A DNA stretch of 64,000 nt, from the NCBI GenBank assembly GCA_964188305.1, contig OZ076896.1; one strand, 5' to 3'. Below the pieces are notes generated by a model. The model saw only the letters and a list, made by a program, of their open reading frames with translations. It ran no database searches and was not told where the DNA came from. Origin of the DNA: Podarcis bocagei (Eukaryota). This document shows, piece after piece, positions 22,321 through 34,619 of the stretch (positions are counted from its first letter, which is position 1; each line of letters starts with the position of its first letter). The position numbers and the translations under genes were made by a program.

Positions 22321-23222
22321 TCCACTTATGTGCCTACTTGCTTCCCATCTGCTCCGCTTGTATATTTTTAAATAACCCAAGAAAAGCACAAGCACTCCTT
22401 ACAACAAATCTTTACCATTGCCCTGCAACTTCAAAATGCTCAGAAAAGTGAAGAAGAAAGATATGAGGCATGTATTTTTCTATGATCAAGCAACACTAGG
22501 ACATTTCAAAGGCAAACTTAAAATAGAATTCATATCTTAATTGTATCTATTAGACATATACAAAGCCAGAAAGGAAAAGCAAGTATTCAGAAAGCCTTTA
22601 TGGAGACACCCAGACTGGATGTCAAGTTTGCTATGTGTGCAATGAACTCAAAGTGACCAGCTTGCAAATCTGAAAAGACAGTATTGACCTAGCCTGATAC
22701 AGTATCTCTGCCACAGCTTTGGTTGAATGAGTAAACTAGCAATCCTCTGGGGGCAACCTCGCAAAGGACCGTGCATTTGAGAAACACTGCAGATAAAACT
22801 CTTACAAAAGTATCGTGGATAAGAATTGTTCAAAATATGAAATATAGAAGGGGGAAACACATCACCCTCCAAATATTTTTACTGGCTTTGTTGTAGAACT
22901 CAAAGAACCCTTGTAAGTAAGTAAGTAAGTAAATAAAGCTTGATAACTTTTCAGACTTGATGAGAAATCTAAAAGATAAAGAGTGAATGCAGCTGACTTT
23001 TGCATGTAAAATAGCACAAAGGCACAAAAGAAATCAACTTACTTCTGCCACATTTCTCACAATGTGACATTTGTCCAAAAAGCACCTGAAGGGATCCAAC
23101 GTACACACATATTCCATGTATATCACACTTTGGGCAGAGAATTAAGGGAAGGCATCTAATACAATACCAGAGCGGCGTGATGAGTTTCCCCACACCAGGT
23201 GCCAAGCCAAAAGGGGTGACAC

Positions 23223-23226
<4 letters not shown>

Positions 23227-23263
<37 letters not shown>

Positions 23264-23312
23264 AAGAAGAGGAGGAGGAGGAGGAGGAGGAGGAGGAGGA
23301 GGAGGAGGAGTA
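23227..23312. repeat. (TAG)n(GAG)n compound microsatellite at a SINE tail
   Basis: Direct inspection. Confidence 0.95.
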
Positions 23313-23550
23313 GTTTGGATTTGATATCCCGCTTTATCACTTCCCTAAGGAGTCTCAAAGCAGCTAACATTCTCCTTTCCCTTCCTCCCCCACAACAAAC
23401 ACTCTGTGAGGTGAGTGGGGCTGAGAGACTTCAAAGAAGTGTGACTGGCCCAAGGTCACCCAGCAGCTGCATGTGGAGGAGCAGAGATGTGAACCCAGTT
23501 CACCAGATTACGAGTCTACTGCTCTTAACCACTACACCACACTGGCTCTC
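23313..23550 (-). mobile_element. Squamate tRNA/CORE-type SINE with L2-like tail
   Basis: The minus strand starts GAGAGCCAGTGTGGTGTAGTGGTTAAGAGC (A box), has GGTTCACATC (B-box-like) and GGTGACCTTGGGCCAGTCAC core, and ends GATATCAAATCCAAA. Confidence 0.85.
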
Positions 23551-24060
23551 AAGACAGGGTCTTGCAACAATGACATAGTGTACACACAAAACGGGAGGTG
23601 AGAGGTTGGACTTGTACAGGGCACTGAATTAAAAGAAAAGAAAAGCCAAAGTCTGTCCCTGTGCAATACCACCTGTGACAGTGATGGATGTATGCCATTC
23701 TCTGAAGAGAATGCCACAGCAGACCACCTGCTTTGTGTGCAGAAAGCTCAGGTCTCCATCTTGGCCTATACAGGAAAAGTATCCCAGGGAGTAAAGCTGT
23801 AATAGAACCATATTCAAGATGTCTGAGAACCACCACCAATCAGAGCAGGCGATACTTGGCTATGCAGACCAATAGTAGAACTCGGTAGAAGGCAGTTTCA
23901 TATGAGGTCCTTGGGAAGTAATTGCAAATAAGAACGTGGCTGAAAATATGGTGGTAGTTCAGACCTATGAGCTTTAAATATGCTTTCTTTTTTTAAATTA
24001 GATCCACAGGAATCTTATTGTGAAAGGATTTCTATTTTTAGAATGCAAACCTTTTAATGC

Positions 24061-24293
24061 AAGGGATAGGCAATATGAATCCTCCAGATGTTGCTGGACT
24101 TCAAGTTCCATCATCCCATGGACCATTGTCCATGCCAGTGGTGGTCCTTGGGGGTCTCATATTTCAGTGGCGCCCTGTGCGACGCTAAAATTTGGCATCC
24201 CCTCTCCTTCAGTTCTACACTATAGTTGCAGGGGCCCCTGTGGTGCCCTCGAGGCTCTGCACCCAGTGCGACTGAACCCTAAATCTGCCTCTG
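24061..24293. mobile_element. Nested degenerate hAT-like MITE fragments
   Basis: Left half of the palindromic MITE seen at 16016, followed by a CAGTGG...CCTCTG GC-rich unit with approximate flanking duplication TCCATGC/TCCCTGC. Confidence 0.45.
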
Positions 24294-26869
24294 TCCCTGC
24301 TAGCACCTTCATGTGGTTTCGAAAGAGGCCAGTGCAGAGTCAATAATTTAGTTGTACTGAATAATATTTCTAAGCAGGAGGAGGAACAGAGAGTCTACAC
24401 AGAGAGAGTAAGTGCTGCCTGCATCCATGCTTAAATTCTTTTATTTGTCTTTGCCTAGAAACAGTGCATGCTTTCATGATATTGCACATAAGCTTATGCT
24501 TTTCAGAGAATCTGCAAGGAATATCTAGCAAGAAGACAGCCAAGGATTGCATATTTCTACAGAGAGATCCCCGAAGACTAAGCCTAGCTGTATCTGTTCA
24601 TTTTGGCTAAGTACAGGAGTGATCTTTCCGCATGTTTAAGAAAACAGCACTAGAGAGTGACTCTTTATCCACCAAGCTTCAACAGCCCCAAAGTTAATAC
24701 AGAAATTTAAACAGAAGATTCTAAAGAAATACAACTCATTAGTATTTTCTCTTATGTATGATTGAAGGATCAAAGAAGATAACCCAGGTGGCGGTTAAAT
24801 AAATAAGGATTATAAAAACAATCAAAAACTCACATTTCACAACTTGCTACACATTGTTCAGGCACTGGAACAGTGATTCATTTCACAACACATTTGGTAG
24901 AAATTATTTCACTCCTCTCCTTAACTTTGAATAATGGTTAGGCTCCTACATGAGCCTACATTGAACATGACACAAATGTAACATTTGGTTCTCATTATAT
25001 GAATGCCTTATTAATGTCTAATTAGTGTTGATATTTTTTTAAGTTTTGCAGCATAAAAGAAGCAGACCTTTTAAAAATGTAGTGGCAGCCAGAAAGTTAA
25101 GCTGGCATTACAGAAACATAAACACTCTTGGCCTACGATTAACCTCACAACCAACTGAGTGCAGAAAATTGACCACTCAGCTTACACGTTGAAATTAAGC
25201 AGAAAAAGAAAAGACAGAAATGTGTCTGCAGTCACCTTTCCTGGCTCTGTTGACCAAGACTGAAATTTGAGACCTGATTCATACACATTTGTACCCATAA
25301 AATATGTTTTTCATTTTATGGTGATGTATGTTGCTCACCTATATCTGTATGAGGAAAAAGCAGAAAATAATTTCAAAGTTTATATATATTCTCCTCAGAT
25401 GAGAAGCTTGATTTTTCCAAGATGCCAGCTACCAGACACACATGATTCAATGCCACAAAGTGCAATGATATTAAACTTTTATATTTTTGAATCCATGCTT
25501 CTATTTTTACTTATGGTTTACAAGCTGCAGGCCTTTTTTCCCCCTGCACTACCTGCCAGAAAAGTACAGACAATAACATTCAACAGATCTTAAACACCTG
25601 CAGCCCTTACCAAACTGAATGGAGAAATCTCAAGCAATGCTGGTGATGTTATGTCTAGTCCATTAATATAAATGCTTCTTTACGTTGGCCTAATTACTTT
25701 TGACCAGAAACATATTATTTTTTATTGCTTATACTGCCAGCAGCACTGCATTATGGGAGGCGATGCCTGGAGCACTAGGCTCCCTGCAGTGAAAGACGGT
25801 AGACGGTTTACCTGTCCCCAGTTTTACCCTGCACATCAAGGGTTCAGGATAAAATAGTCCTGACACTGACCTCTCAAAGACCCAGCAGCTGAAACAGGCT
25901 TAACAAGGTATTAACACAGCAACATGCTCCATAAACTATAACCAGCTGCAGGGGGGAAAGAAGAAAAATGACAGAAAGAGAGTGAGAGAGAAGGTTGAGA
26001 GGACAGGCAGTTTCTCAACTAGAGGATACACAGGAGTCACTACCCAATTAGAAAGCGAGAGCCCACAACACACTTTCCAAGCCTGATTCTGTGTATGTTT
26101 ACTTAGAGGCAAGTCCCTCTGAAATAAATGGAACTCACTCTCAGGATTACACAGGACTGCAACCTTCACTCTCAGATTTTTGGTATTACTCTAAAGAATA
26201 TTCCAACAAGCCTTGGTTTTTATGCATTGCACCAAATGTGAGTAACTGAATTAATGCAATGTGTAAAAGCACTGAGTTATTTCATAACACCATTCCATAC
26301 ACACACAAACCAAGCTTAACGCCCATCGTCCCAATCCAGAGAACCTTGTTTACAGCAACAACTGAGTGCTGCACAAAATTATTGGCCCACCAAAACAGTA
26401 GGTGCTGTCAGTTCAGACAGGGCTGATTACTCACTGGATAGGAAAATGGAGAAAGGGTGATTGGATTGAACCCCTTCCTGATAATTGCTAGGTACAGCCA
26501 GAATTTACAGCAATTTGGAAGGAGTGCTCAGCTCTGACTCAGTCAGGGGCATGTGCCAGGGACCCCAGGGCTTAAACTTAGAACCTTGTGTTTTGAAGTA
26601 GAGACTTGGGCTGCTGAACTCTCTATTTAAGGGGCAACAGGGAGAGAGACTGAATGAGACAAGGTGTAAACTAGGCCCAACAGACTGCAGGGCCATACAG
26701 ACAGAAGGGGATAGGTCTAGAGCTTCCTTCACTCAATATAAACTGAACATTCAACATTTTTCACAAGAACAATAACCTTTTCATCAGAGCCACAGGGGGC
26801 AAAACACATTTTCCAGAATTATAAATTGGGGGGGGGGGTACAGAGATGAGAGAAAGAAAAAGGTAAGGT

Positions 26870-27105
26870 GTCTTAGTCTTCAACTATGTGTGAGGCCTGA
26901 TGATGTGGACAAGATGCTTGGTGTGGTGAGACCAACTGCATGTTCCCTCGTACCTGCCTGTCATGGTCCAAAAAGGCCATCCAGTTGAGAGTGACCTGGT
27001 GGGTCCAGAAGTAACCAACACATAATTTCATGAGGGTCACCTTGAAGGAGGCAGTGGTATGCCCACTTCTAAACAGGTTCTCCTCAATCCCTCAGCAGCG
27101 TCTTA
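26870..27105 (+). mobile_element. Degenerate L2 LINE ORF2 fragment
   Basis: Frameshifted translation RPDDVDKMLGVVRPTACSL...LKEAVVCPLL matches the L2 pre-RT region. Confidence 0.65.
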
Positions 27106-27470
27106 AAGGTAAAGGTAAAGGTACCCCTGCCCGAACGGGCCAGTCTTGACAGACTCTGGGGTTTGTGCGCCCATCTCACATCTATTGGCCGGGGGCCAGC
27201 GCTGTCCGGAGACACTTCCGGGTCACGTGGCCAGCGTGACAAAGCTGCATCTGGCGAGCCAGCGCAGCACACGGAACGCCGTTTACCTTCCCGCTGGTAA
27301 GCGGTACCTATTTATCTACTTGCACCCGGGGGTGCTTTCGAACTGCTAGGTTGGCAGGCGCTGGGACCGAGCAGCGGGAGCGCACCCCGCCGCGGGGATT
27401 CGAACCGCCGACCTTTCGATCGGCAAGCCCTAGGCGCTGAGGCTTTTACCCACAGCGCCACCCGCGTCCC
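27106..27470 (-). mobile_element. Sauria SINE, full-length young copy
   Basis: Starts GGGACGCGGGTGGCGCTGTGG and ends (ACCTTT)n. CpGs intact. TSD TCAGCAGCGTCTTA (27092-27105 / 27471-27484). Confidence 0.97.
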
Positions 27471-27989
27471 TCAGCAGCGTCTTACAACTGTGCTTAATCT
27501 GAAAGTTGTTTCCTCCAAAACCTTCACTTTTCAGGTGTGTGCATGCATGTGGAGAGGTACTGTTCTGATTGTGGAGGAATTCTTGTGACTGCCATGGTAG
27601 CTACCTGCACATCCTTCTCGCAACAGAATGGTCCCATCTATGCTGTTCAACGTAGATCAGGTAGATTAAGCACCAAGGACAGCAGCTGCACAAAACTTGG
27701 GGCAGGGGCGAAAGCAGCTCATTCCCTACCAGGTCCCTTGCAGTAACAGGATGCTTGCTAGGAAGTGAATGTGCCCTGTGGGTGATAACTGGGTTTGAGA
27801 AAAATAAAACACATGGAAATCCACAAATGGATTTCAGCACACGCTGCACCTGCATATAACTCTTCAAAAAAGTAACTTACAGTTCTAGCAAACAGAACTC
27901 ATTCTTGCTTCTGCAATGCAAAACAACTGAAGAACAACTTTATTCACCTTGCATTTATATCCCACCTTCCTTCTGCCACAAAAGTCAAA

Positions 27990-28010
27990 GTGATGATGAT
28001 GATGATGATG

Positions 28011-28060
<50 letters not shown>
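27990..28060. repeat. (GAT)n(AAT)n microsatellite (L2 tail)
   Basis: Direct inspection. Confidence 0.95.
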
Positions 28061-28063
<3 letters not shown>

Positions 28064-28356
28064 TTATTATTTGTACCCTGCCCATCTGAATGGGTTGCCC
28101 CAGCCACTCTGGGCAGCTTTCAACATAAATAAATAAAAACATAGTAAAACATTAAAATAAACTTCCCTATACAGGGCTGCCTTCAGATGTCTTCTACAGA
28201 CTGTATAGTTACATATCTCCTTGACATCTGACAAGACGTCATTTCACAGGATGGGTACCACTGCCAAGAAGGTCCTCTGCCTGGCTCCCTGTAACTTCAC
28301 TTCTTGCAGTGAGGGAACCACCACAAGGCCCTTGGAGCTGGACCTCAGTGTCCAGG
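28061..28356 (-). mobile_element. L2 LINE 3' end
   Basis: The minus strand encodes a decayed L2 ORF2 C-terminus (..RRHLKAALYREV) and a 3' UTR homologous to 5120-5300. Confidence 0.8.
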
Positions 28357-28375
28357 AGTAGAAATGCTCCTTCAT

Positions 28376-28478
28376 GTGATACCCTGGTGATCATCTACCC
28401 AGGCCCTGACCAAACACACATCTGCTGAGCTTCAGCAAGCTGGTAGCCTCTTGTGGCTTCAAACCATATGCTGGGATG
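28376..28478 (-). mobile_element. 5S rRNA-derived SINE head fragment (degenerate)
   Basis: Minus strand GAAGCTCAGCAG...TGGTCAGGGCCTGGGTAGATGATCACC resembles the 5S internal promoter region. Confidence 0.4.
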
Positions 28479-28506
28479 AGAACTGTGAACCTACAAAAAT
28501 ATCACT

Positions 28507-29267
28507 ATGACAGCAAGAGACTTGTATTTAGAGAGCCCCGCTCTTTCCAGGCACATAACAGCTCCGTGGCATATTGATGCTGAATGTGATCCTTATCAGT
28601 TTCAATCAAAGGCATTCTACGAGACAGCAGGTGATAATAGAATTAGGAGTTACACTCACTTTTCCTCAGATGTGTGGCAATACGTGAGCAAATCTGAAAC
28701 ATGTGCCATAGGAGAGGTTGAAAAGAAGATAGAGGAATATCCAACTATGTCTAGACAGGAACCCTCCAGAGCATATCTGAGGGATGCAGGGGGGGGGGGG
28801 CAGCAGGGGGCAGGAAGAGGAAGGAGAAGCACAAACACAGAATACTGGATATCAGCTATACAATTTAGGCTTTTACAAAACTGACGGTAATGTTTCCATA
28901 ATACAGCTTCATCCTGAAACACAAAATCCCAGAGTACAGAAAGCTAAACTTTCAGTTCTTCAGGATGTTAGATCTTCTGAGTGAGAAACATTGGAAATAT
29001 ATGCAACAGATACTACCAGAATTGACAGAGCTGATTAGAATAGACTTCACTGTACCTGTTTCACCAGAAAGGTCATTCTCATGCCTTTGTAGAATAAAGA
29101 CCTTTCTGCGGTCAAGCGTGGGGCAGGCTAGACTGAGTCATCTGGCTCTTCTGCATGGGCATAAGATCCGTCTCCCAAGAGATCTGTTTAATGTTATAGT
29201 TAATGAGTTCATCCAAAGAGCACCAATTAGAAGAAATATATTGAAAGCATTCTATCAATGTCTGTAA
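28507..29267 (+). pseudogene. Decayed hAT transposase C-terminal half (ZMYM1-like/hATC dimerisation domain)
   Basis: ORF 28965-29267 contains ERSFSCLCRIKTFLRSSVGQARLSHLALLHGH, the hATC signature. The upstream ORF LESPALSRH..APWHID..PYQFQS matches the preceding hAT segment. The two are separated by frame breaks. Confidence 0.8.
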
Positions 29268-29679
29268 GTGCTCAAAGGATTGCAGCCTAAAGGCAAGAGC
29301 TTTGCAGTGGTGTATTTTATCCTACTTAATTTCCTGCTCTCTTTTTCTCTGCAAGCAACAGGGTGGCAAATCTTCTACCACAGGTGCCAGATAAACATTG
29401 CTTTGAAAGGAAGGATTGTATTGGGGTAGAAGCAAGCCCCGCTCTGTTCAATTGATTTGCTCCCAGGTTAGGAGGCATAAGAATGCAGGCTTTGGAGGAG
29501 AGCCTCGCCTATTGATTCTTCTGCTCTGCATAAGCCATTACACCCAAGGACTGGGAAGGATGCCTCTGTTGGTGTCTAACTGCAAACCGGGAAAGCAGCA
29601 TCTTCAGAAAATCCACATTACCCTCCAATTAGGTTTTGATTAAATAAAACTATGGCCCATGGGGCATCCACATCAGACA

Positions 29680-29920
29680 AGGGTTCTCTCTTTCAACCCT
29701 CTGCAATGCAGGAATCACAGGTGGCCATCCAAACACAGTTAAAAAACTTCCAAGGAAGGAGACTCCACCGCCTTCTGAGAGAGTTTGTTGCACTGTTGAA
29801 CAGCTCTTACTATCAGAAAGTTCTTCCTGAAGTTCAGTTGGAATCTCCTTTCTTGTAACTTGAAGCCATTGGTTTGAGTCCTTCCTTCCAGAGCAGGAGA
29901 AAACAAGCTCACTCCATCTT
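29680..29920 (-). mobile_element. CR1 LINE 3' fragment
   Basis: EDGVSLFSPALEGRTQTNGFKLQERRFQLNFRKNFLIVRAVQQCNKL..VESPSLEVF is the CR1 ORF2 C-terminus. Confidence 0.9.
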
Positions 29921-31383
29921 CAGTTCCCACCAGCCCCAGTAAGCATAGCTAATGGTCAGGGATGGTGCAAGCTTGAGTGCTAGCACATCTCGAGGTGCAT
30001 AGCTTCCCCCACCCTGATCAATGGGGAGACTTGATATCCAGGTCTGTCTAGCCACCTTGAAGCTGTCAGTTCTTTCCCTGGCTATCTTCATGCCTTTAAC
30101 TGCACTGCTGCTACAATCAGACCAACAGCCACACCGCTACTGCGTTTCCTCCCAGAATGCAATAAACAGCTTCTGAGATTTTATACCTTGATCTAACTCC
30201 CCCCTCCCCCCAATAGCACACAATACTGGACTACTTTGCAGGGCTGGTGTAACCCACACTCTCATATCCCTAGCCCTGCTCCCTGAAGTATAATCATGAT
30301 TTGAAAACTGCTCTGCCATTGCAGAAGAAAGTGCTTACCAACTCTGGAGAAAAACATCACATTTTTGTATGAAATAAAACCAAAGTTTAGAAAGATTGTG
30401 TATTTGCTGTCTAAGCTGCTGCTTTTCGTTTGGGGTTGACACACTACTGCTGATTTCACTGCTGCGTTATTTCTGCACTAACAAAAACCAAAATAAGAAA
30501 CTTAAAAGGAACATTTCTTTTCTGGAGTCTATAAATTTGTCATCTTTTTTTCCTAATTTTAATAAATAAATAAGTCTACACTTTAAAATGTTAGTCATAT
30601 GCCATAAATTAAAAGTTCTCCAAAATAATCATGGGAACTGCAGTTTGTTAAGGGTGCTAGGAATTGTAACTCTGCAGGGGTAAACTACAGATATTAGGAC
30701 ACGTTGGGAAAATGCATGCGCTTTAAATGTATGGTGTATTTGTAGCCCTAGTTCATTGCCTAAAAACACTGAAAGGCTAGAGGAGTATATATACCTGCAC
30801 ATTTTCCCTCATCTCTCTCCCCAAAGGTTAAAGGCTTTCTTAAAAAAAGAAAGAAAGAAAGCTGGGAGAATATGGATTATGGCTCATCTGCAGAGCAGCT
30901 GCCTCGCTCCACTCCCAGGGCCAATGTATGGGCAGCATGTTCACCACCTGCACAAGTACCACTGAAGTGAATGGGAGCTGCCATGCCCATTCATCTTAAT
31001 GGAACTTGCAGAAATCGTGCTTGGAAGACCAGCTGTAAAGACCAACGGATGCAAGGCTACAGTCCTCCACTGATGAGAAGGAGATGGAGTTCTTGTACTG
31101 GGCTTTCCCGTTCAGTCTGAACCATGACAAAAGCCTGAGGCAACAGAACAAACTTGACGGAGCCTTCTGTAAATCATATAAATGGTTTATGTATCAGGCA
31201 GCAATGGATTGGTACCTCAAACCTTCCCACATTGCTCCTGTTCCTGCTTTCAGCCCCAAATCTCCTGCCCCAAGCAACTGCTTTGAGTTGATTCGTGGAT
31301 ATTGTAGTAGTATAGTTTGCAGAGTTAAATAATATTTGATATTCATTAACATTAATTGTGCTCTGGTAAGGATACAATTAACT

Positions 31384-31743
31384 GTGGGTGGTGCTGTGGG
31401 TTAAACCACAGAGCCTAGAACTTGCCAATCAGAAGGTTGGCGGTTTGAATCCCCGCGACGGGGTGAGCTCCCGTTGCTCGGTCCCTGCTCCTGCCAACCT
31501 AGCAGTTTGAAAGCACGTCAAAGTCCAAGTAGATAAATAGGTACCGCTCCGGCAGGAAGCTAAACAACATTTCTGTGTGCTATTCTGGGTTGCCAGAAGT
31601 GGCTTAGTTATGCTGGCCACATGACCCGGAGGCTGTAGGCCGGCTCCCTCAGCCAATAAAGCAAGATGAGTGCCGCAACCCCAGAGTCGGTCACGACTGG
31701 ACCTAATGGTCAGGGGTCCCCGTCCCCCCCTTTACCTCTACCT
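31384..31743 (+). mobile_element. Sauria SINE
   Basis: GGGTGGTGCTGTGGGTTAAACCACAGAGCC head, diagnostic body and CCTTTACC tail. Confidence 0.93.
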
Positions 31744-33139
31744 AAGGGTAAAGAAAGTGAGTTATACAACTGAAATAAGTGAATAGGAGATCAGTGCTCA
31801 TACAGCTGGGTACTTTGCAGTACATCTTGTAGATTCCCTGCCTACCTGCAAATTACATATCAAAAACACAGAGGATTTTTCTCAGAGTGTAATGTGCCTA
31901 GTGGCATGCAAAGCAACTAATTCATCTGTACTATCATCTTACACCATCAAGGCAAATTTATTACAGTGTTCATTTCCAAAGGAAATCTTAATTATTCTGT
32001 TCAACACATTCTGAATGTTCATCCATTCCAAATGCCACCTTGCTGATTACCTTGTAGACAGAAATCCATAATTAAACAAATTTTCAATAATTCCGTAGGT
32101 TGAGGTAGGACCTTGGATTTGAACTTTGGGAGAAATGGTCAATTCATGAAGTCATAATACACAATATTAGTGCACCCAGCATTAGTCAAAACAATTTCCC
32201 AAACTTAAGATGCATAAAATACTGTATGGTTCTGTTAACCACAGACAGACTGAAGAGGATGAATCTTCACCAGTAAAAATATTGAAACCGGGACAATAGA
32301 AGACAGAATGTAAGAGAAAGGTAGTGAAGACATAAAATGGTACTAAAAGAAAACAGAAAGAATGCAAAAAAAAAGCTGATTTAAGAAAGCAGAAAAATAA
32401 TAAGTTTGCAGATAAACCTACGTGAAGCATAGAAAAGAAGAGAACAAATCAAATGCAATTACCAAAAGAAGCAACAACACAACTCAGATCAAGGAATTAA
32501 GCTCAAGTAACTTGACTTTGACACTGTACTCTGATACATGTCTACTAAGAAGTAAGCTCCATTGAAATAAATGCAGATTAACTTCAGGACACAAGATTGC
32601 AGCTTTATTAAGAAACACAACATGAGTATTGTAAAGGGATGGTAACGAACAAAGAGCAATGGAAAAATAATAATAGTAATGAGTTTAAAAAGAAGTAGGA
32701 AAATGAAATACTAGCATTAAACACGTGGAATCAAAGCCATAAATGGTAAACAAAGCAAAGAGACAAAATATTAACAGAGTATATATTCAGAAGCACATCC
32801 ATATGCATGTACACTTTCTCATTCATTTCCGTGGGGTCTGAGCAGGAGATATTCCCAACAGGTGGAGGCTGCAGTTCAATACAACACTTAACCGGGTGTA
32901 AACCCAACTGAATTAAATAAGGCTTGCTTGCAAGTAAGTGTGCATAGGATTATGCTGCACACCCTGCTGTTAAAGTTATATGAAGGAAAGTCATGGCCAA
33001 TTCTTAACTAATCCATCAAATCACACTTTCAATTTATCAGAGAAGCAAATTCCTCTGAAGGACATAGGAACAGAGGTGGCTTGAATCTAGCTGGATAATA
33101 TTCTTTCTTTTACTTATTGTGAGATTCTGTCACAATAAG

Positions 33140-33141
<2 letters not shown>

Positions 33142-33181
<40 letters not shown>

Positions 33182-33408
33182 CCATTTCACACAACACAGT
33201 TTGACCAGACACACATTACAGGTGCAACTTCTACTACCCTACAATGTGCGAGAGCAGTACATAGGATTATTTTTGTTACTGCATTTGCATTGAGCATACA
33301 TGCTACAGGTATGCAGAACCACTGAAAGCACCTCTTAGCTTGCAGACATGACACACACACACGCGTGCACACACACACGTGTACACACATGTACACACAC
33401 ACATACAC
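33142..33408. repeat. (CA)n microsatellite (33142-33176) and degenerate CA/TG repeat (~33350-33408)
   Basis: Direct inspection. Confidence 0.85.
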
Positions 33409-34448
33409 AGGAAGTGAGATTTTAGAATTTCCCTGTTCGAGAAATGACACTCTGTTTTTCACTAGATAAATCTCTTAGTAACTTCAGAACAGCAGCATCT
33501 TTTAAATGATTTTGTGGAATAACATACTTTTATAGCTTGACGTTGGGGGTGGGACAACTACTACAAACAACCTTCTTTTTAATATTCTCATTTTGAAAGT
33601 ACTGTGACTGCTGTGTCTACAGTCTCTGCTACTCTGCTCCCTTCTTTGAGAGAGAAAGCTAAGACCAGACGGGGAAATAAGAGGTATTATTAACGTCTCC
33701 AGTCAAGTGCTCTCTCAGTCCTGCAGTGACACCTAGCGTTAGAGAGGGGATGTCACAATAGGGCATTATATATCTTCTAAACATTTATGTTTCTTCAGTG
33801 TAAAACCACAATTTGAAGGGTTTAGTGCTCACAGGTACTGATTAAGGCAGTGGGAAACAGATTTTAGCATTTCAGGGAAGAGGATATCTCAATAAGTAAA
33901 AGAAAAAGATAGATATATTTGATCAAAAGTTACCACTTCAGGGTCAAACAGCTCTCTGAGCACAGCCTCCCTTCAGAAATCTATTTATCCGTCTAAGTAC
34001 CTTGCTTATGATGAGTAGCCATATGTTTGATGGCAACTCACATTTTCTCCCTTCCATCTCAAAATGACAAACAAATCGCATCTCACGCCCTAAAACTCTA
34101 TAACAAGATCCATCTTATCTAACTTTCGATGTATTAAAAGCTGCCCAGAGAGGAAAGCTTCTTTCTTTCCTTTTTAATAAAACTTTCAGGTCCTGTGAGG
34201 GGGAAAAACAGCATCCATTTGGGTGATCATTTGGGGGGTAACACAATCAGAGCAGAAATGTCCATGTGTTGGGCTGTGACAGGAAAATGGAGTGCATCTT
34301 TGCATTGTGGAGGCACTCAGCAATGCTCCATTTCCCATCAATGATTCTGCCACCATAGTGAAAAAGAGAAGGGACTGTCACACAGTTGCCTCAGCAATTC
34401 TGAGGATAATTCCCCTCCCCTGCAAAGCCCAGTGCTGCTTCATTTCGG

Positions 34449-34619
34449 AAATTAGGAAACTGCCTTATACCAAGTCAGATCAACGGTTCATCCTAAAATG
34501 GAGCACTGATTGGCAATGGCTCTCCAGGAATCTTCCCCATCCCTAAACTGGACATGTCTGGGATTGAACCTGTGAGTCTTTTGCCTGCAGTGAAGATACA
34601 TCACATCAGAGCTGCAGCC
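34449..34619 (-). mobile_element. Old tRNA-derived SINE with CR1-like tail
   Basis: Minus strand GCAGCTCTGATG..CAGGTTCAATCCCAG (B box) ... CTGACTTGGTATAAGGCAGTTTCCTA. Confidence 0.55.

Noticed and set aside
21739-22395. Several overlapping 160-220-aa ORFs
   Set aside because: By-products of the GC-rich minisatellite inside a MITE, giving repetitive peptides in multiple frames.
22969-23370. ORF with poly-L/poly-Y (also 27885-28142)
   Set aside because: Translation of trinucleotide microsatellites.
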